Shown piece after piece: positions 63,447 to 64,000 of a DNA stretch of 64,000 nt (within the stretch, counting starts at the first letter, position 1; the number at the start of each line of letters is the position of its first letter). Made by a program: the position numbers and the translations under genes. This DNA is from an uncultured Caulobacterales bacterium (lineage in GTDB: Bacteria; Pseudomonadota; Alphaproteobacteria; Caulobacterales; Parvularculaceae): NCBI GenBank assembly GCA_964556115.1, contig CAZKVC010000007.1, forward strand, positions 3,207 to 67,206, in the 5' to 3' direction. The notes beneath the pieces were generated by a model. That model made no database searches. It saw only the letters and a list, made by a program, of their open reading frames with translations, and was not told where the DNA came from.

Positions 63447-63606
63447 GGTTTCAATTCCTACTGAATGCTGAATCCGATGGTGACGGATTCGCTACTTTTT
63501 CGGTTCAGGGTCAGGACCGATAGCCCCCCGTACCGGCAGAAGCCATGGGCGAAGGGGCGCCGCTCGCAGGGCAAACTGAGCGGTTACTACAGTACGGTGA
63601 GAGAGC

Positions 63607-64000
63607 ATGCGGATTATCCTGTTGGAACCGAACACGACGATTGCCGAAGCGCTTGTTGCGCGCTGCAAGACGTCTCAGATCGATGTGGATGTGCTGTCGA
63701 GCGACGAAGAGCTCGACGTGGTGGCAGGCAAGGACCTGGCCCACTACGCTGCCATCCTGGTGGGCTCTCTGGAGGAGCCATGCCATCTGATCGAGAACCT
63801 GCGGGAGGGTTGCGGCGAAACGCCGGTGATCCTTCTTTCGGACACCAAGAACCCCCAGCTCGCCGTCAGGGCCTTCAGCGCGGGCGCCGATGATTTCGTC
63901 GTCAAACCCTTCAACGCGCCGGAGCTGAAAGCCCGGATCCTCGCCCGCTCGCGCCGCCTTCTCGGCCAGGCCTCGACGGCATTCAAGCTTGGCAAGCTGA
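63607..64000 (+). CDS. OmpR/FtcR-like response regulator, 3' end cut by the window edge; atypical receiver
   Basis: Hand translation from ATG 63607: MRIILLEPNTTIAEALVARCKTSQIDVDVLSSDEELDVVAGKDLAHYAAILVGSLEEPCHLIENLREGCGETPVILLSDTKNPQLAVRAFSAGADDFVVKPFNAPELKARILARSRR. Not in the track because it has no in-window stop. Confidence 0.7.
   Translation, partial: MRIILLEPNTTIAEALVARCKTSQIDVDVLSSDEELDVVAGKDLAHYAAILVGSLEEPCHLIENLREGCGETPVILLSDTKNPQLAVRAFSAGADDFVVKPFNAPELKARILARSRRLLGQASTAFKLGKL

Overview
GC-rich, gene-dense alphaproteobacterial DNA. The gene content (VPLPA-CTERM protein, RepA/ParAB module, FlaF/FlbT/DUF1217 flagellar set) suggests a Rhodobacterales-like organism, but that is inference. 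No rRNA, tRNA, CRISPR array, transposase or integrase was recognised. There are four blocks. (1) 1-23 kb: housekeeping and stress genes (nadE, phhA, class II DAHP synthase, DEAD-box helicase, ArsR/ArsI, miaA, grxD, rpsD, amidase). This block includes a visibly more AT-rich islet at 15.3-18.4 kb carrying secreted or cell-surface genes. (2) 23-32.7 kb: a plasmid-type replication/partition module. An RPA-family repA is divergent from parA-parB, with an iteron-like intergenic region and two perfect palindromes between parA and parB. repA is almost translationally coupled to an SbcD/SbcC-like nuclease-ATPase pair. (3) 32.8-42.5 kb: serC-serA-serB, a symporter, oxygenase, fpr, soxR and an SDR gene. 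(4) 42.8-64 kb: an alphaproteobacterial flagellar cluster (fliK flgD / flhB fliR flhA / fliQ fliE flgC flgB / fliI / DUF1217 flbT flaF flagellin / flgI). The cluster is interrupted by non-flagellar cargo and contains an embedded formyltransferase-like gene. The most unusual candidates are: the repA-sbcDC-like operon on a replicon carrying core genes (possible chromid); an apparently circularly permuted photolyase-family protein; a signal-peptide-bearing orphan Hcp-like protein; the formyltransferase-like gene inside flhA-fliR-flhB; a shared TTAAACTC-N3-TTGAC element upstream of two flagellar operons; and a receiver domain that seems to lack its phospho-acceptor Asp. CDS coordinates follow the supplied ORF track, with starts trimmed by eye. 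Small motif coordinates were read by eye and may be off by 1-2 nt. Many long ORFs in the track are antisense or out-of-frame shadows typical of high-GC DNA and were not called.
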